DNA of 64,000 nucleotides from Antedon mediterranea (lineage: Eukaryota; Animalia; Echinodermata), in assembly GCF_964355755.1 (NCBI RefSeq), contig NC_092678.1, forward strand, positions 13,142,352-13,206,351, read 5' to 3'. The notes under the pieces were generated by a model. It did no database searches. It was given only the letters and a program-made list of their open reading frames with translations, and was not told the DNA's origin. Of the stretch, positions 23,460-36,784 are shown piece after piece. A program made the translations under genes and the position numbers. Each line of letters starts with the position of its first letter. The stretch's first letter is position 1.

Positions 23460-25014
23460 CATGTAGAATTTGTTTTTCTTTTCTTCTACCTCCTATGTAT
23501 ATTTCATAATTTACATCATTGACCTTTTTTTGTAACAGTGAAGGGGCCTTGCCATTTACTGTCTAACTTACTATTTCCTACTGGAAGGAATATCAACACT
23601 TTGTCCCCTTCTACAAATTCTCTATCAATAGCATTCTTGTTATAATAGACACGTTTCGCGCTCGCGACCAATCAGAAATAGTGGGTATAGATTTGTAAAC
23701 AAACCGAACACCTCTCCCCTAGTGCGTGTTGAAGCATAGCGAAATGGCGACTGCCGAGTGCTTTTGTTGCAAGGTGCATCATAAATGTTGCCTATGCTGG
23801 ATAAATTGTGAATTTAACTACACAAAATCACTGAATAATATTCCTGTTTTTAATTTTCAAACACTTGCTGAGTGGTTTGCGTCGGCTCCGAAGGATAGTG
23901 GCTCAAAATCTTGGAAATTTTTCAAGGAAAGGTACGTCCACGAAGTGCTCGTGGCTCTCCGCCCGCCCGGTGGCGTTGCCTGATGCGGTACTTCGTCTAC
24001 TAGGCCTAGGAGGCTTGGGTGTCTGTTTAGGCGCCGAAGAACATCACATAATACATGGAAGATGCAATAGGAGCATGAAGAAGAATGAAAGATAATAATT
24101 AATATATTTACGCAACATTTGTAAATAAAATCAACAGTTAACATGTATTAAATGCACTGTAATATATATGTGTCAAACCAAAAATGACAATACATAAATA
24201 AAGTCGATGATTCCGAACCAAATGCCCAAATAATTCTACAGTGAATATAAAACATAAGTTTAGAAAATAAATAACATCCTTACCATGCCATTCCATCAAA
24301 AGGCTAGTTTTGACGATTGCTTTTTAAGATGATCATCTCTCAGTTCTCCCATGCTTTAACATACCTCTCGCTGTGTTTGTTTACCATTGTATACCCACTA
24401 AAAGGTAAAACTGACGGTGACCTCGCGAGCGCGAAACGTGTCTCTATTGTGGGACATAATTTCTTGTTGTTCAAGTTTGTTTACATTAGCATCTTTCATT
24501 AATTCCTCCATTTTTTTTCTTTTGTCTAACATGTATTTGATAACATCAGTAGATGTTTCTTCATCTTCTACCCAATTACTTTTAAGTAAACTCAAGGGTC
24601 CCCTCACCTCTCTACCATAAAGCAATTTAAAAGGTGAATGGCCCGTCGCTTTACTAGGAACTTCTCTGTATGCAAACAGAAAGGGGGGTATGTAGTTATC
24701 CCAATTTTTTCTTTGCTTAACTGTAAGTGTCCTTATCATATTTTTCAATGTACCGTGAAATCTTTCAACAAGCCCATTGCTTTGGGGTGGTACACTGTAG
24801 TCTTTAATTGATTAATCCCCAACATACTACATATAGATTGCATAATTGAAGACATGAAATTAGTTCCTTGATCATTTACAATCTCTTCGGGTAATCCTAC
24901 TCTAGTAAAGACTTCTATTAGAGCCCTGGCTACTGTTTCAGCTCTAACATTGGGTAACGGGATAGCATCCGGATATCTCGTAGCATAGTCAATTAATAGG
25001 CGAGCACAATGCAA
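23460..25014 (-). mobile_element. Gypsy integrase fragment, split by an insertion at 23644-24448
   Basis: DYATRYPDAIPL...GLPEEIVNDQGTNFMS...TTVYHP; LFAYREVPSKATGHSPFKLLYGR; continues past the insertion as REFVEGDKVLIFLP...KWQGPF. Confidence 0.9.
23644..24448 (+). mobile_element. Internally deleted DNA transposon, ISL2EU-like, with a remnant ORF start
   Basis: TIRs AATAGACACGTTTCGCGCTCGCGA / TCGCGAGCGCGAAACGTGTCTCTATT; peptide KSWKFFKERYVHEV...IHGRCNRSMKKNE resembles the region preceding SWIM fingers in such elements. Confidence 0.65.
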
Positions 25015-26149
25015 AAACTTTGGTACAAATCTCCGCCTTGGATACCTACCTTATCTATCTGAGATGTACCGCGAAACGTAGATTTGATAACATTAGTGTT
25101 CACAGCGACGCTATTGTTCCATATTTCTGTCTTAGGAAGATATTATAAAGAGTTTTTTAACACAATTTATGATTTCAACATTAGATTTTCATCTCAATTT
25201 TAATTCTTCCCGGTCAAAGTAATTTCCGGGTTTAAGATAAGTTCACCTTGCAACAACCTGGTTTCAAATATTTTCTCTCTTTTATACACAAGGGAGCAGT
25301 TAAAATAATAGATTTGACCCTAAAGGTGACTGGAAACAGGCACTTTCCATCAATCAATAATACAGTGTCCCTTTGGAAGACCAAAAAAAAACCAGATATA
25401 GTAGGACTGGAACTTAAGTTGGCCATTAATCATAGCCATTTCAGTTTTTTGTTTATTTTTAAAAATACCGCGCGTGTGTGAAGGTACAGTAGTTAAATAA
25501 TAAGAATTATACTGCAAATTAATAAAGATCAAATTAAATATACGCCATAAAGAATCAGAATATATTGTGGGGAATAGTATTATAAAATTACATAGGGAGA
25601 TTTGATGATAAGACATTTTTCGAGTGAAATCCCGATAGCTGAGTTTTATTGAGTAAGCTTGCAGGAATAACTGTAGGCTATCTTCCTGTGTCCCGTTAGG
25701 ACCGAGATGTCTGCCCATGTTGCAAGCCGTAATGTCTTCTTTCTTGGGCCCACTCTGTCACGGCAGTTAGTTTCAAAAGATGATTAAATTAAATAATGTA
25801 TTAATAATTATTAGGATGGTATTCATTTGAATAAACGCCTCTCCAATTAAACATCACTTTGAATGATAACCACCCCCCTCCCCAACCCAACCCAACTATC
25901 TAATAAACGTCCATCCACATATTTATAACAACACAATTATACTATTTGTAGTAGAATTCACCGCACTGTTATTTACAATTTACCAAGCATTTGTTATTCT
26001 TTTTTAGCACTTTTCATATCTATTAGAGGATTTCATTTGATTTTAAATGTTACCATATTATTAAAACTACAACATTTAACATATATCCCTCGAATAAGCA
26101 CCTCCCTCAAATGACCTCCGCCTCCCCAAAGGGCCCTACCAAACAATAA

Positions 26150-26335
26150 CAACTGTACTTTAAAATGTTATTAATCATCTAAAACACTGTGAAACAAAGT
26201 AGTTTAGTTTTACGAATTTCAAGCATTTTCAATAATGGTAACCGACAGAAAACATATAAGGAGAACATTATTATTCCGAGAACCATCGTATACACTTCCT
26301 AGAGGGGGAGCGAGCGAAGCGAGCTCACCCTCTAG
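26150..26335 (+). mobile_element. Helitron family 2, 3' end
   Basis: CTAGAGGGGGAGCGAGCGAAGCGAGCTCACCCTCTAG|T; an inverted homologous copy lies at 41992-42170. Confidence 0.7.
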
Positions 26336-27429
26336 TAATAGTAAAGTTTTGTTTGTAATTAGGATACTTTACACTTGTATGTTGGCTTGATGAAGTGACC
26401 CCCAGACTGTGACAGAAATTGAGTCTGTTTCATATCAAAGTATGAAATATTGTTTATTTTAATTCGAATACAAAAGTTATTCACTTCTGTAAAAAATATT
26501 TATTCACGTATAAAAAGAGAAAAGAAACGTTTAATTATAACCCAAAAACCATTGTCTGACAGACAATTTAAATATTTTTTGCTTTAAATTACATTTTTTC
26601 AGGTAAATAATTGTTTGGTTAAGGTGAATAACTATTATGTGACAATAAAATGACACATTAAAAAACAAATTTGAAATAAAACAATATTTTTTTTAGGGGG
26701 ACAATATATCTTTCAAAAAACGAGCAGCGTTTTTTGTAAGAAATATTTCTTGTTAATTATTGAAATTTAGAGAATAATTAATAAGGTGATTATTAAAAAG
26801 AAACATAACATTTCACCTCTATAAATAGATAATGAAAAATGCTACTAAGGATAATAACCTTCATTTGTGTATACACATTTTTATTAAACAATTCATACAT
26901 TTTGATGTTAGACTATTGTTATATTTTGTTATACTTTTTAAATTCGATTGTTACGGCATTTAATCAGTTCGTCATTAAATATGTTTGGCTATACTAAATA
27001 CAATACTGTATAGGGTAGTCTGCAAATGTTACTGTGATATGCCCTACACTAAGACCTGAATTAGTAAATAATTTAAATTAGACCTCTAATACGGATTAGA
27101 AAAGGTAGATTATTATAACCTAACGTTGTTCAATAAATAACATATTAGACATAATATGGCTAAATGATTTTAGGCCTAATATGCTGAAAAGCCGTGTTGT
27201 GCAATGGATTTTTTTTAAACTGTGTCCCTACTAAGGGAAAATTAGAGAGATCAAATCATGTATAAATTAATGATTACATTTAAATAAATTAACCAAGTTT
27301 AAGTTTTTGAATTTTTTACAAAAGCTAAAATTATGTTTTTACATCAGTTTAGGCTACTATAAATTATATTTTGCAACTTATTTGTGATTCTTCTTTTGTA
27401 TTTGTAACATAATAATTTGCTTACTTTAT

Positions 27430-28620
27430 ATTATTATCAATAGGGCACTATCTAAGATGTTTATGTGGTACTGTCTATTCATTACCACGACGCAATCGCG
27501 GCGAATACCGCGTATTGTATAGTCATTGCGAAAGATTATTTTTCGCGTGAAGTGACGAATATGCGGCGAATATCGTTTAGCTGCTGAAAAGTACGCCGTC
27601 AATAATATTCACACGAAGGATTCGCCGGTTCGTGTGATGAGCGACGATACAATCATTTTTATTTTGCAATATCTTCATCTTAAATGGATTTGCCCTATAT
27701 TTTCTGTTTGTATGTCGTGTTTCACTTTTATTTGTTCGACCTGAAACATCCGAAACTGCTTATTTCCAAATATCAAACTAACAATTTCAACCTTCTGATC
27801 ACGTAAACAATTAACAAAATGTGTGTTCAATGTTTTTTGTTTCAGAAAATCTGAATTATTCAACTTAACATGTATCAGGATGGATTCTTTCCACATTATC
27901 TTTATTTTTTATCGTGTACAGTTTCAACATGTTAAGTCGCTTCTTCTTACACCTATCTGGAGTATCTAGTATCTATCACATAATCTTATTCTCCTACTAA
28001 GACTTTCTAAGGACCAGCGATTCTTGCAAACAATAGTTGACGGGGAAGCAACATAACCAACACGTCATTCCCCGAACTAAAGCCCACATTCTCTTCATTT
28101 TAACTTTAGCATTTACAAGATTTCTGTTTGTCATTTCACGTGCACAATTTAACTAATAACGAAATTCAGACACATAATCAAGTATTGATACAGACTCCTC
28201 TAAATTCCCAAACATTTGAGACTATTTTGAGAGGGACTTAAACTGTTTTTTGATCAAACCGTTTGACCATACAACAACTCAAATGGGCTAAACTACAAGC
28301 AATCACGGACCATGAATAACATCTATTGTTTTATGCCATAGATTTTGCCACCTCACATGGTGGAAGAACGTGTGATCATTTGTTCGTCTTCAAGAGGAAT
28401 TATGCACACAACCGGTTCTACTGCCATTCTCCGGCCAAATAATTTCCAAAATTATATTGACACCCCAGAACGGAAGATTCAGAACGACACCGACAACAAA
28501 ATCGCCTCTAATAATATCCGTTCCAGCCCGAACAAACATGAAGTGAGACTTCCTTATAACCCCTGCAACACCATGAATAAGCACACTTGCTCCAGCAGAA
28601 GACTCGTCCGAAAATGACAA
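27430..28620 (-). repeat. Older paralogous copy of 255-1300 (includes the Gypsy relic)
   Basis: Colinear shared strings, e.g. ATTACCACGACGCAATCGCGGCGAATACCGCGTATT and CAGACACATAATCAAGTATTGATACAGACTC. Confidence 0.8.
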
Positions 28621-29625
28621 TGCCGATTCTAATAATAATAGTAAATTGGCCTCAAATTGCCCCTATAAAAACATTTTTGTGTACATTACATATCTCTTAT
28701 ACAGTTTAACATTGTATATTGTTCTGTTTTATGATGAATTAAGTGAACATATATAGCATATAAATATCGAAGTCGAATTGTAACACTCGCCCGAAATGTT
28801 CATTCATTTTCTTGTTCTATCAACAAATACATCGAAGTACAATATAGGCCATCGGGTGAAGAATAAAACAGCCACTAGAAAACACTTTTCGCTCCAACCT
28901 CTTTAGAATAAAAAAAAATAGTCCTAGAAAAATCTATTAACATGTTCTAAGTAATAATATGAACAGTTTCACCAAGATATAGTATTGGATATGCACACTT
29001 ATCTTGATGAGTATATATAATGTTGAATATGTGTAACTATTTACTATTTCGCTTAGGGACTTGTTCCCCTGGACAATCAGCTGCAATTGAGTGCTCATCA
29101 ATTGCTTATTTGCAAATATATTTTCCCCTGTAAGTTCTGCTTAAGCTGCTTATTTTGCATTATAAGGTGCAATGTTTTGCTAATTAATTGCTAATTGGCA
29201 ATGATTCTTTTCCCTGTGAAGTCATTGCTTAAGCTGCTTATTTTGCTGAAGCATTTTAAGCTGAAATATTGTGCTGATTAGTTGCTAATTTGTAACGATT
29301 TCTTTCACTGTGAAGTCACTGCTTAAGCTGCTTATTTTGCTGAAGTATTTTAAGCTGCTATGTTTTGCTGATTAGTTGCTAATTTGCAACGATTCCTTTC
29401 AATGTGAAGCCACTGATTAAGCTAATTATTCTGCTGAATCATTTTAAGCTGTAATTATTAGGTGAATAATTGCTAATTTGCAAAAGATTGCTTTCCCTGG
29501 TAAAGCACTGCTTAAGCTGCTTATTTTGCTTAAGCATTCTAAGCTGCAATTAATAATGTGCAAAGATTCATTTCATAGAAAAAAAATCAAGATCAAATAA
29601 GTTAAAACTGCCTCAATATAGATTT

Positions 29626-29670
29626 ATTTTAACGACATGTTTCGGGCATAGCCCATCATCAGGTGAAAAT
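29626..29670 (-). ncRNA. Minimal type I hammerhead ribozyme, Penelope type
   Basis: Minus strand: AUUUUCAC-CUGAUGA-U-GGGC UAU GCCC-GAAA-CAUG-UC^GUUAAAAU; palindromic ACAUGU stem III, GUC cleavage triplet. Confidence 0.8.
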
Positions 29671-29805
29671 AATTGTAACAAAGGATAACATATATAAGTC
29701 ACAAAATTACATAATAAAACAAATCAGCCAACCAAAGATGTTAACAAACAAAAGGCATAGTTATAACATATATATTACTCTGACATTTTCCAAATTCCTT
29801 CACTT

Positions 29806-29842
29806 GCACTGATGAAGGGCTAGTGTTGCCCGAAAGCTCTGC
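29806..29842 (+). ncRNA. Minimal type I hammerhead ribozyme in a Penelope pLTR-like repeat
   Basis: GCA-CUGAUGA-A-GGGC UAGUGUU GCCC-GAAA-GC-UC^UGC; palindromic AGCU stem III. Confidence 0.75.
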
Positions 29843-30230
29843 TAACTTTTCTGGCTGTTTTACTTTATAGTTTTGATTTAGCTTTTCGCTTTTTATTTTT
29901 GTATCTCCATTGAGATCCAGCCACTGATACCCACAGCATTGTAATTTTATTCAGTAATTTGCCTTTGGATTTATATATACCATCGACGTCGGTACTAATA
30001 CATCGGTATTGCTTTGTGGACTGTCTTTTGTTATTTTTTTTTATTCATGTCGTTTTTGTTTGTTTTTATCTTTGTTCTTCGTGTTAGCATCGCAATAAAT
30101 CAAATCCAAGCTATAATGTGCACATTTTACAAGTGAATAAAACAAACGCAGTTTAAAACAAAATTCATTATATCAATTTATTATAAATACTGTAATATGA
30201 TATATTCACAATTTTTTTCATTTCTACCTA

Positions 30231-30337
30231 TAAAAACGTGTGTATCTTTGTAACTTGTATGCATGATTGTATGATTAAAGTACTGTACTTTAATCATTCA
30301 ATCATGCATACAAGTTACACAGATAGACACGTTTTTA
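30231..30337. repeat. Near-perfect 107-bp hairpin with a 1-nt centre at 30284
   Basis: TAAAAACGTG...ATGATTAAAGTAC T GTACTTTAATCAT...CACGTTTTTA. Confidence 0.85.
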
Positions 30338-30790
30338 AAAGAACCGAATATTTTATTTTACACGATGTAGTATCGGTGGTACTTTTAAAACATCCAACAT
30401 TTCAATTATAGACAATTTACAAAATAATTGCTTTACCTGATTATATTGGATTATATATATATATATACGTAAACATATGTATTACTTATTAGGTGTTTCC
30501 AACGATATTACGATACTATTTAGCCTTTCTTTTTTATTTTTTTTATAAAAAAATAAGCACAAATTAGCCTAGGAAACATAGCCAAATATATTTTTTACCG
30601 TATGAAATGTTAATATGTAATATTTATTGCTTTCCGAGAACAGTACAATTTTTAAAATATATGAATGAAGATAAATACATTACTGAAAAAAATGACAATG
30701 CTGTGGGTATCACTGGCTGGATCTCAATGGAAATACAAAAAAAGCGAAAAACTAAATCAAAACGATAAAGTAAAACAGCCAGAAAAGTTA

Positions 30791-30827
30791 GCAGAGCTTT
30801 CGGGCAACACTAGCCCTTCATCAGTGC
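30791..30827 (-). ncRNA. Minimal hammerhead ribozyme, inverted copy of 29806-29842
   Basis: 30695-30827 is the reverse complement of ~29806-29940, with an identical core. Confidence 0.75.
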
Positions 30828-32439
30828 CAGAGTATATATATATATCAATTATTTATTTTCTTATTTACAGAATAAATTAAATTTAATATAAATGTAATGA
30901 AAAAATCACGATTTTTAATACATAATTTTGGTTATACAGTATTATTTAAAAAAAAAATCTTTATTTTTAATTTATGTGACAAACATAGTATTTCAATGAC
31001 ACAAGTTGCAGAATATTTAATTTTAACAATTAGACAGACCTACTTTACATACAGCACTTTCATGTTATAAATGTGTCGAACATCACTATTAAACTTGTTA
31101 CGTCGTAAATTATAATATAAAACAACGAGTAATTTATTTTATTTTTATTTTATTCAGTTGACAACCAACAGCGATGAAACCGCCACGCCGATAGTGCGCA
31201 TTTGGCGTTTCATAGAAAATAACGTTTTTCTGGAGGCGGCTCAACTTGGCCTAATCCTACTAGGTAGGCTAGTGAATGTGTTAAGCTTTCCAATTCTGTC
31301 GTTCTTGTGTTGATGTATTTACGATAACAATCGTGATGAAATCCAATATACAATATATGGATGCTTTGTTATTATGTCTTCATATGATATATTAAAAATC
31401 TCCAGGCCTAGGCCTAGCTCGGATACTAGGCCTAGGCCTATGCCTAGGCTAGTTTATTAGCAACATCTTTGCAGATACCATCTAATTTACCAATACCTTG
31501 GTATAAGCAACTACCTTATAAAGTCGAACTTCTGTAATATTGGTAATGCCATTTAATCAGTAATGTTTTACATGGTCATCTCTTCTTCCTCGGTCACATT
31601 TGCCTAGAAGAGATTACCTTCCTAAATGTACTTAACCTGAGAGGAATTTAATAAAGAACAAACATAATGCTAAATACATTATGACATGCTGTGAAGTTTA
31701 GCTTAAGCTGCCGAAACTGCTAATAATAATATATCATGACATGCTGTAAGTGTGTAGTGTTGCTTAAGCTGCTAAAACGGCTAATATTCTAAAATGTTAT
31801 AACGTGTTGATTAAGCTGCTAAAACTGCATTAAAATTAAAGATACGGGTCAGTAATACCATAACATATTTACCAATTTACACATTCATCAAATGTGTATT
31901 GGGATATAAATGAATTTATGGTGAAATCATTGTATTTTAAAAAAACAATTGAGCACCAGGAGAATCTTCTACTGCTTTACACTAAGGTGTGAATATAGGA
32001 AGGGCAATTGATGCACACCCACACCTTGAAACAATTATAATTTTGACTGATTACATTATTGGATTACCATTCTTGGACTTAAACACCTTGTTTACTGTAT
32101 CAAATCATTAAGTAAAAAAAAAAACATTACTGAACAAAAGGAAGGAGTTTTTATATTTAGACAGGAGTTTTTATTATATTTAGGAAGGAGTTTTTATATT
32201 TAAAAAAGAGTTTAGGAATGACTTTAATATGTTTATAATTATTTATGTTTTTATTATTTAGGAATAACTTTTATATATTTAGGGACGACTTGTATATGTC
32301 TATAATTATTAAAATTATTTATAGGGTTAGGTTTTAATATTTATAAAAAACTTTTACAAAAGAAGCAGCTTAAGTAGAGACTTCACATGGAAAGGATTCG
32401 TTGCTAATTAGCAACTCATATATATTAGGAAGAACTTTG

Positions 32440-32685
32440 AAGGCATTTGAAATCAGCACTACTGACTCTTATGAGAGCCCCTGCATCTAGTATCTGCCTC
32501 AGACGTATTGGCTTATGCCTTTCCTCTGGTCAAGGTGGGCACTGGAAGAGAGAAGCCCTTGATCAATGTTAGGACCAATCAAGGTGCTTTAAACAGTCCT
32601 GGCTTTGTTTATATCAAACCTGTCAGTGGCGGTAATTATCGCTGTTGGTTTTGATTGAATAAAATAAAATAAAATTAAAATAAAT
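32440..32685 (+). mobile_element. 5'-truncated copy of the 5S-derived SINE
   Basis: GAGAGAAGCCCTTGATCAATGTTAGG...GTGGCGGTAATTATCGG...(TAAAA)n. Confidence 0.8.
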
Positions 32686-33713
32686 ATATTTAGGGACGAC
32701 TTTGATATATTTAGAAATATTTATAAGGTTAGGTTTTAATATTTAGGAAGAACGTTTATATATTTAGGGATGACTTTTATATATTTAGAATTATTATAAT
32801 TATTTATAGGTTATGTTTTAATATATATTTAGGGACGGCTTTGATATATTTCGAATTATTATAATTATTTATAGTATTATGTTTTTAATATTTAGGAAGA
32901 ACGTATATTTAGGGTTGACTTTTAAATATTTAGAATTATTAGAATTATTTATATGGTTAGGTTTTTATTATTTACGAACAATTTTTATATATTTAGAGAC
33001 GACTTTGATATATTTAGAATTATTATAATTATTTATAGGGTTAGGTTTTTAATATTCAAGAAGAACTATTATATATTTAGGGATGACTTGTATATGTCTA
33101 GAATTATTAGAATTATTTATAGGGTTAGGTTTTGATATTTATAAAGAACTTTTATAAAAGAAGCAGCTTAAGCAGTGGCTTCACAGGGAAACGAATCGTT
33201 ACAAATTAGCAATTAATCTGCAAAACATTGCAGCTTAAAATGCTTAAGCAAATTAAGCAGCTTAAGCAGTGGTTTCACAGGAAAAAGAATCTTTCAAAAT
33301 TAGCAATTAATCAGCACAACATTGCAGCTTACATTGCTTAAGCAAAATAAGCAGCTTAAGCAGTGACTTCACAGCATATGGATCTCTGTTCCCTTTATTT
33401 TCAACCAAACAGTGCAATTTAATTCAGCCTTTAACCCACCGTTATCACTAATTTTACTAATCCCTCATAAGATGAGTCCTCATTGAGAATGGGCCTTGAA
33501 TAGTCCATTATAACATGGGTAGAATGTTGTCAACATGACATTTATCAAAGCAGTTGTTGTTCAAGTAATTTGAAAAAATGCACTCAGAAAAAATATTTAA
33601 ACAAATTGTTTTTCATCTATATTATAAAAGTTATTACGCACTACAAAATAACAAATATCCTTTTTGCGAACACATTCAGCCCTTCACGATAATGGTGGAT
33701 TCCAAATCATCTA

Positions 33714-33815
33714 AATGTTCTACATGTACATCTAAGTGGAATATATGTTGAACCTACGTTAGAAATAGTGACTAATCTCATTAGACTTGGTGTATCTCCA
33801 ACATTACAAACTAAG
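33714..33815 (+). pseudogene. Ankyrin exon missing its acceptor and first 3 codons: NVLHVHLSGIYVEPTLEIVTNLIRLGVSPTLQTK
   Basis: Paralogue of 11489-11599, including the downstream intron; donor gtaatg intact. Confidence 0.8.
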
Positions 33816-33980
33816 GTAATGCACATAAGAGTTAGCCTATATTCCCGTGATCTATGTGTCGTGTAATTCTCGGCTGAGACTCGAACACACCCCAGATCAC
33901 TAGTGGTATTTATAACTCTATACATGCATCAAAGTGGTTACGACAAGAAAATACAGTTGGACACCTAGCGTTCGTGGTAC

Positions 33981-34283
33981 GGTGAGGGCGTGTGGCGCAG
34001 TGTGTTGGACGTTGGACTACCGATCGTCAGACCTAGGTTCGAATCCAACTCTCGCCGCATTGCTTGTATCCGTAGGCAAGATACTTTACTTACGTTGCCT
34101 CTCTCCACCCAGGTGTATAAATGGGTACCCAGTTAGACACAACTTTGCGCTGGTTACCGGCTGCATTATGGGAGTATGTTGCCATACGTGTTTGATCCCA
34201 AAAAATACTGCTTGTAAAGCGCCTTTGAGCATGATTACTCATGAAAAGGGCGCTATATAAATGTGGTATTATTATTATTATTA
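33981..34283 (+). mobile_element. tRNA-derived SINE with CORE-like body and L2-type tail
   Basis: A box TGGCGCAGTGTG, B box GGTTCGAATCC, body CTCCACCCAGGTGTATAAATGGGTACC, tail GCGCTATATAAAT..(TAT)n; absent from the paralogous intron at ~11768; inverted copy at 37645-37858. Confidence 0.88.
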
Positions 34284-34755
34284 TCTAATCTCTTAATAGG
34301 AAACGAATTAATATACATATTATATTTGTTTAATTATCCGCATCGTTTTTTAATGAAATGTTATATTGTGTATGAATAATACGTGTTATTTGTAATGAAA
34401 TTAAGAGAAAAGTGGCTTACGTAGGCCTACGTCTTCATTATTATGTAATAATATATCTTCATAAAGGCGATTTACGACATAGCAAATTCACGGAGGTATC
34501 TTTCTTCGTGTTTAGTTCAAGTGTATAGTTAGGTTATCGTGCAGGCAGAACTAAAAGTATTTGCTGCAAATTATTAATTTAACCAATAACAACTCCCTGA
34601 TTTAACTATGTTTTATGTGGACATTTCATTATAAATAGTTGAATTTAGAATCATTCAACTTCTTTGTGTATTATTTATCATTACTATAAAACTATAGTTT
34701 TTAGCTGCAATACACTGTATGTATAAACTTCGTGATACTAAATTTTTCTTTATAG

Positions 34756-34860
34756 GACGGAAACACCCCACTACATGAATACATGCGTTCAAATAAACCT
34801 ACATTAGAAATATTGAAATATCTCACGAAACATGGTGCATCAGTAACAGCACTAAATAAG
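34756..34860 (+). CDS. Ankyrin exon (cluster 2): DGNTPLHEYMRSNKPTLEILKYLTKHGASVTALNK
   Basis: tag|GAC...AAG|gtaata, 105 nt, open. Confidence 0.8.
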
Positions 34861-35378
34861 GTAATATTGGACTACAGATAATTGATATGATTACACCTAT
34901 AACGTACGTATGATCTACACCGCAACATTATTATCTTATCCACTTTATTTTATATCATATTCCAATTGATTGCGTTATTAGAATTAGTTGCTGCAATAAT
35001 TATTTAGTAGAAATTTAACAAGATCCTAGTTATTGTGAGATTGGTATATTGTGCAATGAAACTGTTAATTTAATTATGTTTCATGTGGACATTTATATTA
35101 TAAAATAGTTTAATTTAGAATCATGACTGAAAGCAATGTTTACATTAACGTGTATGTTAAACTACACGATTATGATTTATTTTATCAGTAAAATTGCTAA
35201 AAATATGATCCGAGACAATTGTTATAATTCCATCAACATATGCATATACACCAGCAAAACCTTTTATTTCAATTTCTTTGTGTATTATTTATATATATAA
35301 CTATAATTATTTGTTTTAACCCTATAGTATTAACATAACATGATTATGAATTCGTTATAGAACGGAAATAATGATTTA

Positions 35379-36693
35379 TCTATATATAAATTTACGTAAG
35401 GGCAAAATTCGGTAAATCGCGCCTTACTTCTAGAATTTTTACTCGATGGTATATAAAGTTGGTTCGTACTTTCGGTGCTGATTTAACCACCTGATGTAAC
35501 CCTGTTTACTAATTAAATTGAGTTAGATAATTAGTTATTGACGATTAACACGAATTTAGGTTCAACGATTTGCCCCAAATAGGGGTGTTTTCCGATCGTG
35601 GTATACACTGTCTAATGGATGTCCAAAAATACCCGCACACAATAATACGAGGACGCTTCGCATTTTCCTATCTCCTCCTACGATAATTGTTTTTAATAGC
35701 TGAAAACCGATTGAACTGCTCGAGTACAGCATCATAATGTTGAAGACAGGCCAATTTTCTAAAAAAAAAATACTATTTTGATAGATTTAATTTACGTTTT
35801 TACAAATGTATTGATTTGAGATGAATGGAACATTCCAATCTCTCAGTCTGCCAGTTTGGTTTAACACAAGTAGGTAAATGTATGAGCCCTTGGAGAATAA
35901 ACTTGCAATACTTTGACAATACTGTACTGCAAATACATATTAACCATGTTTGGTCGTCATTTGAATCGAACATTTCTTACTGTGAATACTGTTAGATGTA
36001 AAAAAATATATACAAACATTTCTTACTGTGAATACTGTTAGATGTAAAAAAATATATACAAATAAACTTTATTACTGTGATTGTGGGTAGGCTCTACTGT
36101 TAGATTTATAAACACGTAATATACAAATAAACTTTATTACTGACAGTTGCTTCTCAACGTTTGCATTAATTAATAATTACAAAAAATATAAACGTCGTGG
36201 TGGTGTATCGTTACATGTACTTTACTATTTCAATCGACTATGACAGTGACAGTTTTAACAAAGTATTAAATCGCAAATGTTTTACTATATTTAGTCACCG
36301 TTAGTGGTATATTATTTATAGGCCTATAAAAAATGAAAACAATATTTCGTTACTGACGTGGATAAAGAATATATTTAAAAATTGTTCCTCTTTGTACCTA
36401 TCCTCTTTCCCATCCCTGAACCCTAATTGGGTTTCTTTAAATGAATAAAATTTGGACTCATTTTGTGGTAAGTTTCTCTTTCGGAAGTAATTCCCAGGGT
36501 GCTAATTTTGGTTGACTACATAAATCATTGTGTCTACTTATTCGTTTCTGTAAACGACAATGTATTATAGTCCTTCGGTACGTACATTTGAAATCGCCAG
36601 TTTTTTTACCCTGAAATTACTGTCAATTCGAGAACCATCTGTGGGCGCGGCACGACCTAGATGGTACGCGAGCGAAGCGAGCGTACCATCTAG
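35379..36693 (+). mobile_element. Non-autonomous Helitron (family 1), full length
   Basis: A|TCTATATATAAATTTACG ... CTAGATGGTACGCGAGCGAAGCGAGCGTACCATCTAG|T. Confidence 0.88.
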
Positions 36694-36784
36694 TAATAAT
36701 AATAATAATAATAATATTTCATTCTTTTAGGCCTATAGCGCATTGAGCAAGCTCTCTATGCGCTGAACATTATTACCCTAGTCA

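Larger units (their letters stand above)
29080..33375. repeat. Foldback-like composite: ~95-bp CTTAAGCTGCTTATTTTGC repeats (29080-29570) inverted at 33160-33375, enclosing an AT-rich minisatellite (32150-33155)
   Basis: GCTTAAGCTGCTTATTTTGC on the left versus GCAAAATAAGCAGCTTAAGC on the right. Confidence 0.6.

Noticed and set aside
33680-33815. Cryptic acceptor at 33678-33679 rescuing the truncated ankyrin exon
   Set aside because: It adds 34 nt, which is out of frame for a phase-0 junction
33981-34055. tRNA gene
   Set aside because: A and B boxes are present but it is the head of a SINE, with an inverted second copy and an empty paralogous site
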